Counted from the stretch's first letter, positions 26,315-39,483 are shown. The stretch is 64,000 bases of DNA from Squalus acanthias (GCA_030390025.1 CM059431.1:118422001-118486000); one strand, 5' to 3'. Numbers and translations are program-made. Notes: a model not told the origin generated them from the sequence alone.

Positions 26315-26775
26315 TACATAAGAACATAAGAAATAGGAGCAGGAGTAGGCCATTTGGCCCCTCGAGCCTGCTCCGCCATTCAGTAAGATCATGACTGATC
26401 TTCTACCTCATCTCCACTTTCCTGCACTATCCCCATATCCCTTGATCCCTTAATATCAAAAATCTATCGATCTCTCTCTTGAATATACTCAACGACTCAG
26501 CCTCCACAGCCCGCTGGGGTAGAGAATTCCAAAGATTCACCACCCTCTGAGTGAAGAAATTTCTCCTCATCTCAGTCCTAAATGGCCGACCCTACTACTG
26601 ATGTCAGGCTAACTGGTCTGTAGTTCCACGTTTTCTCTCTCCCTCATTTCTTAAATTGTGGGGTTACATTTGCTACCTTCCAATCTGTAGGAACCGTTCT
26701 AGAATCTATGGAATTTTGGAAAATGACAATCAATGCATCCACTATCTCTATAGCCAGCTGTTTCAAAACGCTAAG
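26315..26775 (-). mobile_element. CR1/HER1 LINE fragment with internal deletion
   Basis: cataagaa tail and 3' UTR (26315-26595) joined to an upstream RT piece (NYRPVSLTS region). Confidence 0.85.
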
Positions 26776-27462
26776 TTATTATTTATTTGTATTCATTTTC
26801 TTTCTTCTGTAAGTCAGTCCATCTCTCCAATACCCAGCCCCAGTTCCCTCCCACTCTCATTAACAACCCCTAGCAACCTGCACTCTAATGAATGCTGCAG
26901 GTGATCTGTTAGTATATATAAATAATTTGTGGGCATCTCACTATAATAATCCGATATTTACAAAACTAAATTGAATAATTTGGCCGTAGATATTTAATCC
27001 TATGAGAAATACATTTTCTAAGGGTAGATTTTATGACTTTGCAAAAATAGCATGGAGCTTCATCTGCCAGGAGTGCATATTGGGAATTCGGTCATGGAAA
27101 TAAGTAGGCCCTGCGGGATTTTCCGTCCTGGAATATAAATCCTATTAAGGCGATCACCTTGCTGACTGCAAATGAAATGAATTGAATTGTGGGAGAAGCC
27201 GGCAAAAGCATGTTTTTACTTTTATAGGATTTGATTTCTGTACCAATTCATTACTGCAAATACTCTGTTTTCAATATGATCCTGGATTATTTGGCATACA
27301 ATTAAATGTTTCTTCCAATCAAATAATCCTTAAGTCCCATAGAAAAAGCAAGAAGCTGTTTTAACACAGCACCGTTTCTGTGGAACTATTTTTTTAAGGA
27401 TAAATATTGACATTAATAATACAGGAAAAACCATTGCCTAATCATTTTGTATGCCAAAAGAA

Positions 27463-28600
27463 TAGAAAGACTTAAAATGATGTATCATCTTATCAGAAAC
27501 ATTTAAAACTACTTCATGCAAAGAAAAGTACATTGAATTCCAGTGACTGTTGATATGTAGGCAAGTATGCCAGCCATTTTATACAAAGTAAGATCGTACA
27601 AAAAGCAATGGCCTGGATTTTGCGGTCAGCGGCAAAGAGACGGCGTTTATCGGTGACCTCAAAGAAAGCGGCCCACAAACATTTAGCGGGCTCTAGAGCA
27701 TGATTTCCCCTATTCCGACATGACTTTCAATCTATCGGAGATCTATGGTGTTCAGCAACAGTGAAGCCATCAAGCAGGCTGAGCAGCCAATCAGATTGAA
27801 GAATTTTCACCGACAGCAAACCAGGAAGTAAAATGCACGGATTATAATAAATTTTTAATAATTTTATAGAAAGCAAAATAAAGATTGGGACATACACATG
27901 AGATTAAAGTAAAAGTCAAAATATCAAACAAACTTCAAAAACATAAAATAAAGATTAATTTTTATTATTTTAAAAATCATGGAATTTTTATCAAGGAATG
28001 GAGGGAATGATACTCCAGAGTCATAAAATTAGTTTTTCAGGGCCAGAGAGGTTATTAGCAGTAATTATGACTTAGTATACCGTAAAAAACTTTGTTGCAC
28101 CTCATTCAACAGAGTTTAACATTTTCAATAGTTTTTACAGCAATAATAATGTGTAAAAAGTTAAAGTTCACGTCAAATCACTGGTTCTGTGTTGGTTGCA
28201 TCTGCAAAGACAGCAACAGCGCACCCTGTGGAGGAACAGGATATCAGTGACAGCAACTTCCGTATTTCTGTGTTTAACTGCACATGTGCGGATTCCAGAA
28301 GTTGCTGTCATTACACAGTAATGACGGTGAGCGCTGACAGTTTTGCTTTCATTAGAACCGCAAATTCCGGGCCAATGAGATGAATGACTAGTTAATTTGT
28401 TTTTTGATGGTGTGGGTTGCCACAAACATCCTCCTCTTCTTCAAAGAGTGTCATGGGATCTATAATGTCCATCTGAACCACAGTGGCATTAGGGCTCTTG
28501 GTTTATGCCTCATCTGAAGAAGGACAGCTCCCACATTGCAGCACTCCCTCAATGTTGCATTGGAGTGCCAGCTTAAATTAAGTAGTCAAGTTCTGAACAA
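27463..28600 (-). mobile_element. Deu-domain SINE split by a MITE
   Basis: Reverse-complement match to the SINE at 1-345 on both sides of 27610-28373. Confidence 0.7.
27610..28373. mobile_element. Harbinger-type MITE
   Basis: TIRs GGCCTGGATTTTGCGGT / GGCCCGGAATTTGCGGT; 3-bp TSD AAT. Confidence 0.88.
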
Positions 28601-28799
28601 TCTGTACTACCCTGCATTAACAGCCATGTGCAAGATACGCTCCAGCCCTTCTACCATAAAATAAACAGCATCTACCCAAATACCAAAATCCAAAGTATTC
28701 ATGTCATCTAACATTGTAAGATCACCAGTTATTATTGGAACACACAAAGATTTCAAACAGCATTGTGGTTTTACTGGCTTAAAGAAAGCTCTAAAATCT

Positions 28800-29990
28800 A
28801 TTTCTAATCTCAGTGTGAGCCTCTAGTGCCTGTCTTAAGTGCTCTCTTCCCTACTCTAGTGCTTCTATGAGTGGCTGTAACACAAGAGGAGGGAGGCTAC
28901 TGTGGTTCATTCAGGGGCTTGTGAGATGCTCATGGACAGCAACCTCTAAGAGTTTGGGCCAGACTGCAACAACTCAGTGTCTGCCCGGGCAGTATACCCC
29001 AGCTGGCTTTCCAACACCAGGATGAGCGTTGGTTCAGAGGGGCACAAGGATACAGAAATACTATTATCATGAGAGATGACATGATGTTCCATTCCCATAG
29101 CATGATTGTTCTTGTTATCGGGTCTACTGACCTGTGGGAGAGCAGAATCTAGGAGATCCGTGATCAGGATGAAGCCCCAATCCATTTGCTCTTCCAGGTT
29201 GCCTAAGGTGGAGGAGATGGTTGTGCCCAAAGCCTGCATGAGCATCCCCAAGGAATGTTTTTATTGGTGTCACATACTCCTGTAGTCTCCTCCTAACTCA
29301 CTACCTAAGTCAGATAGGATGCCTGTGTTAGTTCTTCGTACGGTAAGAGTGAGTGATGATGCATTATCATATAGGTTTTCATCATCAGTTTTTCTAACAC
29401 TAGTGACCAAGTCTTCTGATTAAACTTGAAAAAGGGGAGTGGGAGCAGGACAAAAGTTCAGATGTAGTTGTGAAAGTAAATACTAGAAGATCAGTGACAG
29501 CGTAATGCAACACCATGTTGTCATGTTCAGTGTCTAACTGCATAAATATGTGACTAAAAGAATGAAGTAGAAAGAGAAGAGGAAGTCAAGATGCAATGAT
29601 ACCGTGCTGTGCCAGGCTTCAGCCATGCCATCTCTAATACTGACTGTTGTGCTTCTCCCGCTGATGTCAATGGCAGCCTCTTCCATAGGGGTGTGTTTGA
29701 GTGTTTGTAATGTGGTGGGAACTCCTCCTGGGTTGGGTGTCACACTCCTGCTGTGTGCCAGCTTCTCTTGCAAGAAGTAAAAGTGGGTTAATATGTTTCC
29801 TGGTAAAGGGCTTTCAACCCTCTCTATGTATGAGTCAGCTTACCATAATGTTCGTGATGACAGGATGAAGCAGCAAGTGAGAAGTAGTTGTGAAGCCAGT
29901 AGAAGGTTTGGCAGTGTGAGTGCAAACAGAAAGGAGCTGTAGTGAAGTCTTATCGATGTCCATGCCAAATGGGGAAGGGAAGAAATTAGT
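28800..29990 (-). pseudogene. Decayed Harbinger Myb/SANT gene remnant (exons 2-3)
   Basis: ORF 29534-29773 QEKLAHSR..PGGVP..PMEEAAIDI resembles exon 2 of H2/H4; no TIRs found. Confidence 0.6.
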
Positions 29991-30569
29991 GTTGAGACAA
30001 TGGTAGGTCCTGCAGGGGTGTACAGAGCTTATGGGAGATGTGAGGGGAGTCTTACATTTATTAGCAAAAATGAGACCACATGGAATTGGTGGTAGCTTTT
30101 TGATTTGGGTTGGAAATTGGTTGGGTGACAGGAGACAGAGAGTGGGGATAAAGGGTAGGCACTCTGATTGGCCAGATGTGCCAAGTGGTGTTCCTCAGGT
30201 ATCTGTTCTGGGGCCTCAATTTTTCATCATATTTATTAATGACTTGGATGAAACAGTAGAGAGCTGTATAACCAAATTTGCAGATGACACTAAGGCCTCA
30301 ATTTTCCCATTGGTGGCGGGTTGGGTGTGGGTCAGGGGTTCGGCAGGTCCTGGTCCCGCCTCCGCTTTAAGCCGGTAACAATTTGCGATTTTGCCCTAAT
30401 TGGGCAATTGATTCCCTGCGTTTGCGCTCCCGGGCCAATTAGTGTTTTGGGTTTGTAACTCGCCTCTGCTGACGTCTGTTAGTCAGCTGCATTTAAGGGG
30501 CCCATGCAGCCTTGGTTCATTCTCTCATTTTTTGCTTCTGGATTGACTACTCTGATAACTACTTCTGAC

Positions 30570-32525
30570 ATGGCAACCTCAAGGGTGAAGGCCTCACCAC
30601 GATTTGATGATGACTCCCTCCATGCTCTTGTGGAGGGAGTCAGAGGGCAAAAGGAGGTACACTTCCGATCCTCTAGGAGGAAGAAACCACCACAGCAGAC
30701 CAAAGCTGTGTGGCTGCAAATTGCACAGGAGGTCAGCTGGAGATCGATGTGCATTCGAACCTGGGTCCAGTGCAGGAAAAGTGAGTATAACATCACCATT
30801 ACCCTCAATCTGCTCCCCATCTCCTCTCATCACCAGCACTCTGCATTGTCAACCTACTCCTGCACATCCCACTTTACCCTTACATCCCTTGCACACTTAA
30901 CCATCCCTCTCTCTATATGTACACAATCACTTCACTATTCGACTATGCAGCCCTCACACTCGCTCTCACTGTTATGCAATGCCAACAACTAACAACGCAC
31001 AGGGTGGGCCCTTGGTATCGGCACCTCACTCCATCTTTGTCTCCTTCTAAGCATCTATGCTATGGATTCTCTACACTCACTCCATCATTCTCACTCAAAC
31101 TCCACTTGTGTTCCTCATTGCAGGAAAGGAGAGCCAACAATAAGAGGGAAAGAGCTAAGACAGGAGGAAGGCCACCCTCAATAGCCCATCTGAACTAGAG
31201 ATCATTGGAGCTGAAGAGGATCTGGAAGTGGGGGACGGACAGATGGGCGCAGAAGAGCAAGCTGGTGACAGAATAGATTTGCATCTCTCTCATTTACATT
31301 GCATGAGTCACTGATATGGCATCTGATGCTCATACGGATGGACTTATGATGATCTGCACTATTCCATGTGCATGCTATGTTAATATCACATGTCTAACTC
31401 ATGCCTTTACTCCCCCACGGGACCATTGATAGCCCCCCTCCCCACTGTCCAGGAGGAAGAGCCGGAGCCAGAAGACTCCTCAGCGGAACCTGCAACCTCT
31501 GAGGGCACAGCGTCAGCAGACTTAAGCGCACCCAGCACCAGCGCAGAGACGCACACCTCGGTGGGACCTTCGGGAGATAGAATAGTGTTGTCACCTGGTG
31601 TATCACAGCTTACAAGTGAGCATCAGCAGATGGTGGAGACAGGGACAGCAGTGGAGAGTCCTCGTCGGAGGCCGCAGGGTGCTCCTAGCTCTGCTCAGCT
31701 GCATGTGGACCCTGTGCCTCCGGGTCCATCCGGAAGGAGAGCGGTGCCGGAACTCCAGGAACAGGTGCAGGAGTCTCTGTCAGGTTTTGTCTGCAGGGTA
31801 ACTGCGAGTGTGGAGAGGATGGAGGAGTCCATCGCGAACATGAGCAGAGCCTTTGTGGAAGCAATGGCGCATGAACGCACCACCACGGAAAGGATGGCAA
31901 CCTCCATGGAAAGGATGGCTACCTCCGAAGTAAGGATGGCCAGCTCTCTAGAAAGGATGGCTACGGTAGAGGAGAGGATGGCTACGGCCATGGAGGGCAT
32001 AAGTCGCCAGATCTGGAAAACTTGGTGAATGTTCAGAATAGACTGACATCTCTGGAGGAGCGATGGGCAGCTATTGAGCAGAGAAACCAGAGCTTCATGG
32101 AAGTCCTTTTGAGGAGGACTGCCAGTGCAGATACGGGTCCTCATGGCCCCCCTGATGTGCAGCAAGGTGCTGTCAAGCCACTTGCTAGCACTGAAGTGGG
32201 GCTGACCCATGAGAGGGATGTTGGTGGCAGACAAGAAAGAAGTGGGGGCTCCTCTCCAAGCGCTCACACTCGCATGCCACTGAGTAGCCCTCGGTCAGAG
32301 CCCCACCAGAGTCCTCAACCAACTGAGATGGGCATCTCAGCCCCTGCACAGATGCAGGAGGAGCAGACTGTTGCCGAGCCCTCACAGGCTTCGCAAACCC
32401 AGAGGACGCCCGCCAAAGGTGTCGAAGCAGGAGCAGCATGAAAGTGAGCAAGGTAACTTCACATCTGCTGAAACCACAGGGGAAACACCATGTAGAAGCA
32501 CGCGTAAGAGGAAGATAAAGCACGA
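30570..32525 (+). pseudogene. H3 Myb/SANT-like gene (exons 30570-30780, 31124-31264, about 31421-32525)
   Basis: MATSRVKASPRFDDDSLHALVEGV..WLQIAQEV..TWVQCRK; the exon 3 acceptor reads cacgg instead of cacag; ERMATS heptad repeats. Confidence 0.85.
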
Positions 32526-32721
32526 ATGCATTAAACAGAAGTGATGGCAAACAGTTGAAGTTCTGGCCTATGTGATCTCGGAAATGGAAGTTCCACATTG
32601 AGCGCTCAGGGTGACTTGCATTTGTAATGATGGTGCTCAGAGTGATAGGAACCCACAGGTTCTTGTACATTGTCTATGGTGTGATAAGAAGGTGCCAGCC
32701 ACATGTGTTTGATTCATCAAC

Positions 32722-33936
32722 CTAAGTGAATCTGACAAATATTAGTGCATCCCTTGCAACAATGTGCTCATGTGCTGCTGCAGCTGGCTCATGAGCCTCC
32801 GCAAGGTCTTCCTCCTCCTCCTCCACCTCCTCATCTGAGGAGGCTATGCGCTGAGCCATTTGTTCATCAGGCAGCTGCAAGTCACGATGCTGTGCGATGT
32901 TGTGCAGTGCACAGCAGACCACCACGATTCTGGAGACCATGGCTGGTGAATACTGTAGGGCTCCACCTGATCTGTCAAGGTATCTGAATCGCATCTTCAG
33001 CAAGCCGATGGTGTGCTCGTTGATGGATCTGGTCGAAATGTGGCTGGCATTGTAGCGCTCCTCAGCTTCGTTCGATGGCCTCCTCAACAGCGTCATCAGC
33101 CACGTCTTCAGGGGATAGCCCTTGTCTCCAAGTAGCCATCCGCAAAGTTGGTTTGGCGGATTGAACAGCTGAGGCACAGTAGACTGCCGCAGGATGACGA
33201 GTCATGGCAACTGCCAGGGTACTTCGCATAAACATGCAAAATGTCCTTCCTGTGGTTACACACCAGCTGCACGTTGAGGGAGATGGAAGCCCTTGCGGTT
33301 GACAAAAACAGCTGTGTTGTGATGGGGTGCCCTAAGGGCCACATGTGTGCAGTCTACGACGCCCTGCACCCTTGGCAAGCCTGCCATATTTGCAAAGCCA
33401 ACTGCACGCGCGGTTACGCTTGCTTGATCTGTCGAGAAGTGTATGTAATTGTGTGCCTTGGCAAAGAGGGCATTGGTTACCTGCGTGATGCAAGTGTGTG
33501 CGGCCGACTGGGAGATGCCGCTAATGTCTGCTGATGATCCCTGGAAGGAGCCTGAAGCAAAATAATTGAGGGCGGTGGTGACTTTGACTGACACTGATAA
33601 GGGGTGTCCACCCGTTCCTCTGGGCTCCAAGTGTTGCTGCAGCATTGCGCAGATGTCAACGACTACCTCTCGCGTAAGTCTCAGCCTCCTTTGGCACTGC
33701 TGCTCAGTCATGTTGAGGAAGCTCATCCTCAGCCTGTAAACCCTGTGTTGGGGGTATCTCCTGCGACGAGGTGCAGCCCTGCACTGACGCCCTCTGCCCT
33801 ATGCAGCATCAGCTGGGTGAGCAGGAGGTTGGCGCTCCTGCTGTTGGTGCTGCTGTTGTGCCTGGTTCTGCTGCTGCCGCGGCTGCTCTTTTTCCAAATC
33901 TGAGGACCAGGATGAAAGGAAATAAATGGTTCCCAT
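32722..33936 (-). pseudogene. H3 Harbinger DDE transposase, frameshifted
   Basis: [42 protein letters not shown]. Confidence 0.93.
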
Positions 33937-34728
33937 GCTGCTGGTAGATATCTCCGTTGAGGAAGCGCTCAGTCAATGTGTGGAGAGGGTTTTCCCAGGA
34001 GGTCACAGTGGCGATGGATCTCAGCTTCACCACTTCCAAGATCAGTAGACCTGCAAAAAGTTTTATAGAGTCATAGAGTCATAGAGTTATACAGCACAGA
34101 AAGAGGCCCTTCGGCCCATCGTGTCTGCACCGGCTATCAAGCCCTGTCTATTCTAATCCCATTTTCCAGCACTTGGTCCGTAGCCTTGTATGCTATGGCG
34201 TTTCAAGTGCTCATCTAAATGCCTTTTGAATGTTGTGAGGGTTCCTGCCTCTACCACCCTTTCAGGCAGTGAGTTCCAGATTCCAACCACCCTCTGGGTG
34301 AAAAAGTGTTTCCTCAAATCCCCTCTAAACCTCCTGCCCCTTACCTTGAAACTATGCCCCCTGGTTATTCACCCCTCTACTAAGGGGAAAAATTCCTTTC
34401 TATCTACCCTATCTATGCCCCTCATAATTTTGTACACCTCAATCAGGTCCCCTCTCAGCCTTCTCTGCTCTAAGGAAAACAACCCCAGCCTGTCCAGTCT
34501 TTCTTCATAGCTGAAGCGCTGCAGCCCAGGTAACATCCTGGTGAATCTCCTCTGCACCCTCTCCAATGCAATCACATCCTTCCTATAGTGTGGCGACCAG
34601 AATTGCACACAGTATTCCAGCTGTGGCCTAACTAGCGTTTTTTACAGCTCCATCATAACCTCCCTGCTCTTATATTCTATTGAGAGGTCGCACAACACCA
34701 GGTTATAGTCCAACAGTTTTATTTGAAA

Positions 34729-34770
34729 TCACAAGCTTTCGGAGCTATCGATTGCTCCTTCCTCAGGTGA
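34729..34770 (-). ncRNA. Minimal type I hammerhead ribozyme
   Basis: Reverse complement of 35321-35362. Confidence 0.75.
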
Positions 34771-35320
34771 AGTAAATTAGATACAGAATCGCCAAAGCAT
34801 ATATAGATAGAGAACAAAGCAGACCACTAAATTAAATCATCCTGACTATCTGCCGAGGTGTGATAAAGTTAATCAAGTCAGCCAGGAAGGTACCACATCA
34901 AAGACATAGCAAGATACAACTGAGACAATGAGGTGTAGTCGCAGGGGTTCTAACGTGTCAAAAGCTGCCGTCTGTATGTAAAACGAAAAGCTTTAAAATT
35001 TTTACTTTTTTACTGGGAAAATTTTTACTTTTTTACTGGGAATCACATCTGTGAACAAGCCAATGATGATTTTCCCAGTAAAAAAGTAAAAATTTTAAAG
35101 CTTTTCGTTTTACATACAGACGGCAGCTTTTGACACGTTAGAACCCCTGCGACTACACCTCATTGTCTCAGTTGTATCTTGCTATGTCTTTGATGTGGTA
35201 CCTTCCTGGCTGACTTGATTAACTTTATCACACCTCGGCAGATAGTCAGGATGATTTAATTTAGTGGTCTGCTTTGTTCTCTATCTATATATGCTTTGGC
35301 GATTCTGTATCTAATTTACT

Positions 35321-35362
35321 TCACCTGAGGAAGGAGCAATCGATAGCTCCGAAAGCTTGTGA
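35321..35362 (+). ncRNA. Minimal type I hammerhead ribozyme
   Basis: TCAC-CTGAGGA-A-GGAGC(aatcgata)GCTCC-GAAA-GC-TT-GTGA. Confidence 0.75.
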
Positions 35363-37609
35363 TTTCAAATAAAACGGTTGGACTTCTATGCCTCGGCTAA
35401 TGAAGGCAAGTATCCCATATGCCTTTTCAACCACCTTATCTACCTGTCCTGCTGCCTTCAGGGATCTATGTACATGTACACCAAGGCCCCTCTGATCCTC
35501 TGTCCTTCCTAGGGTGCTATCATTCATTGTGTATTCCCTTGCCTTGTTAGTCCTCCCAAAATGCATCACCTCACACTTTTCAGGGTTAAATTCCATTTGC
35601 CACTGTTCTGCCCATCTGACCAACCCAACTATATCGTCCTGTAGCCTAAGGCTTCCCTCCTCGCTATTTACCACCCCACCAATTTTCATGTCATCTGCAA
35701 ACTTACTGATCATACCTCCAACATTCATATCTAAATCATTAATGTACACTACAAACAGCAAAGGACCCAGCACCGATCCCTGCGGTACACCACTGGACAC
35801 AGGCTTCCAGTCACAAAAACAACCTTCGACCATCACCCTCTGCCTCCTGCCACTAAGCCAATTTTGGATCCAATGTGCCAAGTTGCCCTGGATCCCATGG
35901 GCTCTTACCTTCTTGACCAGTCTCCCATGCGGGACTTTGTCAAAAGCCTTACTGAAGTCCATGTAGACCACATCAACTGCACTACCCTCATCCACACACC
36001 TATTCACCCCCTCGAAAAATTCAATCAAATTGGTCAGACATGATCTCCCCCTGACAAAGCCATGCTGACTATCTTTGATTAATCATTGCCTCTCCAAGTG
36101 GAGACTAATTCTGTCCCTCAGAATTTTTTCCAATAATTTCCCGACCACTGATGTTAGGCTCACTGGCCTGTAATTCCCTGGTTTATCCCTACTACCCTTC
36201 TTGAATGATGGTACTATGTTAGCTGTTCTCCAGTCCTCTGGCACCTCCCCTGTGGCCAGAGAGGTTCTGAAAATTTGTGTCAGAGCCCCTGCAATCTCCT
36301 CCCTTGCCTCACACAGCAGCCTGGGCTACATCTCGTCTGGGCCTGGGGATGTATCCACTTTTAAGCCCGCTAAAACCGCTAGTACCTCCTCCCTCTCAAT
36401 ACTAATTTGTTCATGTATATCACAATCCCCCTGCCTGATTTCTATGCCTACATTGTCCTTCTCCATAGTGAACACAGATGTAAAATATTCATTTAAAACC
36501 TCACCTCCATCTTCTGGCTCTACACACATATTGCCACTTTGGTCCCTAATGGGCCCTACTCTTTCCCTGGTTATCCTCTTGCCCTTAATATACTTATAAA
36601 ACACCTTGGGATTTTCCTTTATTTTGCCCGCCAGTGTTATTTCATGCCCCCTCTTCGCTCTCCTAATTTCTTTTTTAAGTACCCCCCTGCACTTTCTATA
36701 CTCCTCTCAGGCTTCCACTGTTTTTAGTCCTTTGTATCTGCCAAAAGCCTCCCTTTTTTTCCTAATCCATTCTCGTATATCCTTTGACATCCAGGGTTCC
36801 CTGGGCTTGTTGGTCCCACCCTTGACCTTTACGGAAACATGTTGGCATTGTACTCTCTCTATTTCCTTTCTGAAAGACTCCCACTGCTCTGAAGTGGATT
36901 TTCCTACAAGTAGCTGATCCCAGTCCACTTTGGCCAGATCCTGCCTTATCATATTAAAATCGGCCTTCCCCCAATTTAGAACCTTTATTTCCAAGATCTG
37001 AAGAAACAAAGTTTTGCCACCTGCAACTGAGCCTTGTTGAGAGCTCTCTTTTTATGCTGGAGTTGCAGCTGTCAAGAAGGCAGCCACTTGTGAACCCGAC
37101 ACAATTAGCTGCCGTGTTTTGGGAATGGCATGGAACAGGCAGAAAAAGTGGTAAAATGTTAAACGGCTGTCAAAATAGTATTATCCAGGCAGTTAAGAAG
37201 CAGTTAACTGCCTTAAGTGCCTATTCTGCTGCTTGGTGGCGGGACCGAACGGGAGTCTGGGAGCCCGCCTTTGACAAAGTTGCGCGGAGGCGGGTTGATG
37301 GTGGGATCGGAACACACCGTCATTTTTTGCTATTTTGCCACCTGACCCACCTCCAAACCCGCTCCCTGAGCACCGGCAAAATCGCGGCCTAAGTTTGGAG
37401 GAATAGTAAGTAAGTGTAGATGGGAGCAGGAATTTGCAAAGGAACATAGACAGATTAAGTGAGTGGGCAAAACTAAGGCAAATAACGTTCAATGCAGGCA
37501 AGTGTGTGGTCATCCACTTTGGACCCAAGAAAGATAAATCGGAGTATTTTCTAAATGGTGAGAATCTAGGAACTATGTAGGAGCAGAGAGATTTGGAAGT
37601 ACAATTATA

Positions 37610-37770
37610 TGAAACCGTCCCTTCATCGTTGCTGTGTCAAAATCCTGAAACTCCATACCTAACAGCACTGTGCGAGTACCTTCACCACACCGACTGCAAC
37701 GGTTTAAAAAGGCTCACCACCACCTTCGCAAGAGCAACTAGGATGGGCAATAAATGTTGGCCTTGTTTGC
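37610..37770 (+). mobile_element. 3' end of a second CR1-group LINE family
   Basis: aaaatcctg.aactcc.tacctaacagcactgtg..caccaccaccttc..ggatgggcaataaatg; sits inside the CR1 RT fragment. Confidence 0.6.
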
Positions 37771-38416
37771 GGTGTCCATGGTCAGAACCTATCTGGAGTA
37801 CTCCGTTCATTTTTGGGAAAGGTATATTGGCCTTGGAGGGGGTGCACTACAGATTCGCCAGAATGATACCAGGGCTCAATTGGTTCCTATATTTATGTTC
37901 TTGCCTTCAAGAATTTACAGATCAACTTTCTACTTGTAAAAATTAATGGACATGAAATCATGAGCTGGGGCTATATGGTTTCTTAATATGCACGCATTGC
38001 CTGTGCCAGCAACACATTATTAGTGAATTTGCCAACTTACAGAGTCTTTAATAAACATAAATTTACATCAACCAACAAAAAATACCTCATAAAAACACTG
38101 AAAGTTGACCATTTATGCAGTTTCCAAGTTTTCATATATAAAAGCAATAAGCCTCAAAAATGAATCAGGAGAGGTATTTCAACTAAATATATCGAATCAA
38201 AACTGTTTTCTAACCATCAACAAATTAGCATAAACAGCTGTTGTCATTCCTACTGCTGTCTCTTACATGATAGTATCTGTTTGTCTTCACACATGCTGCT
38301 TTTGTTTTTCTGTGAGTAGTTCACGATATAAAAACACTATTTTAATATGTCTATATGAATTCATCATTTGCCTGAGAAAAAAGCCTTGAGAATCTAGTTT
38401 CTATTTTCTTTCATAG

Positions 38417-38539
38417 TCTTATGGAAAAAGCAAAGAAACTCTCATCTTCACGGAATATACCCCTCTACTCTTCAAATTCTGCTGATGAACAGCTTGCCAG
38501 CTGGGAAATTCTGGAAACTACACGTGCTCAAAATCCAAG
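38417..38539 (+). CDS. Candidate internal exon of an unidentified host gene (123 bp, phase 2-2)
   Basis: Acceptor ttttctttcatag, donor AG|gtatga, open frame LMEKAKKLSSSRNIPLYSSNSADEQLASWEILETTRAQNP, in non-repetitive AT-rich DNA. Protein not recognised. Confidence 0.5.
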
Positions 38540-39483
38540 GTATGATTGAAAGCTCTCTCCTAACTATTGTGGGGTAAAAGTATTCAATCAAAACCCAGGC
38601 TTTTTTGGGACAGCCTGAGGTCTTTAAGTAAAAACTTTTATGAAGACATAAAAGACACAAAATACAATTCAATGGATAAATGTAATCATGTTATTATGAA
38701 ATAGTAATTTTCGAATTATTTTATTTTGTTTAAATCCTTATTTTAGATAGTTACTAAGAAAAAAATGGTGGCTAAAGCAATTGTCAGAAAGCACTTTAAA
38801 CTATATGTGGGATTTGGTAGCCAGATTATGCAATCTGATGGTAATACATTCTAATTATAAAATAGCAGCTATTGTGTGTCACACAGTGTAACACCTTTAA
38901 CATTGAAAATATCGATCACAGGGCCACCTATAGGAAAAACTGGTACTGCAAGTATTTATAATGAATGCTCAATGAAACACATGCCCAACATAACAGATTT
39001 AATATACAATATATTTATCGTTCAGTAGCAAAAGTTACGTCAATTTAGGATGCAAAGACGTAGAGTTAGTTGGAGCCCAGGAGTTTCACTGCAATGCAGG
39101 CTGAGAATCTGGGAGATACAAAACTATGTTACTACAATGTCACCACTGGCGAGACAGCATGACAACTTTGCATTCAAATTTGCATTATAAATGTGGACAT
39201 AGGAATCTATTATGAAAAAAGTTGACAGGAAATGTGTGCAAACCAAAGATTTTTAATATATTATTCATTCTTGTGTAAATAGTAGCAGTGATGATGAAGT
39301 CTCCACCCACACCTAAATCTACACCATCCAGAAAAGACAAGGTGCTCCATAACCAGAATTGGTGAAACCAGTCTGATCTCAGCCTCGCAGAGATGAAGTC
39401 ACCTGCATGTACAAAGCTCTCAAGAAGTGACTGAAAAGATTTTGATGAGCAACAAAGCAGTGACAACAGCTCAGTATAGGTAT

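Larger units (their letters stand above)
34681..35384. mobile_element. ORF-less Penelope pseudo-LTR inverted pair
   Basis: Arms 34707-35022 and 35069-35384 are reverse complements; homologous to 17240-17620; TSD ttctat (34675-34680, 35384-35389) inside CR1. Confidence 0.92.
34065..36987 (-). mobile_element. CR1 LINE, 5'-truncated, inserted in H3
   Basis: atagagtc tail; RT motifs YMDFSKAFDKVPH, GVPQGSVLGP, KFADD. Confidence 0.95.
30294..37389. mobile_element. PIF/Harbinger transposon H3, both ends present
   Basis: TIRs GGCCTCAATTTTCCC / GGCCGCGATTTTGCC; perfect TAA TSD (30291-30293, 37390-37392); contains a nested CR1 and Penelope. Confidence 0.93.
30031..37880 (+). mobile_element. CR1 RT fragment split by Harbinger H3 (pieces 30031-30293 and 37393-about 37880)
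   Basis: HGIGG..SGVPQ.SVLGP..INDLD..KFADDTK resumes as FGG..CVVIHFG after H3. Confidence 0.88.

Noticed and set aside
7616..33936. Host genes HARBI1 or NAIF1
   Set aside because: The homologous ORFs are multi-copy, frameshifted and lie within TIR-bounded elements, so they are transposon genes.
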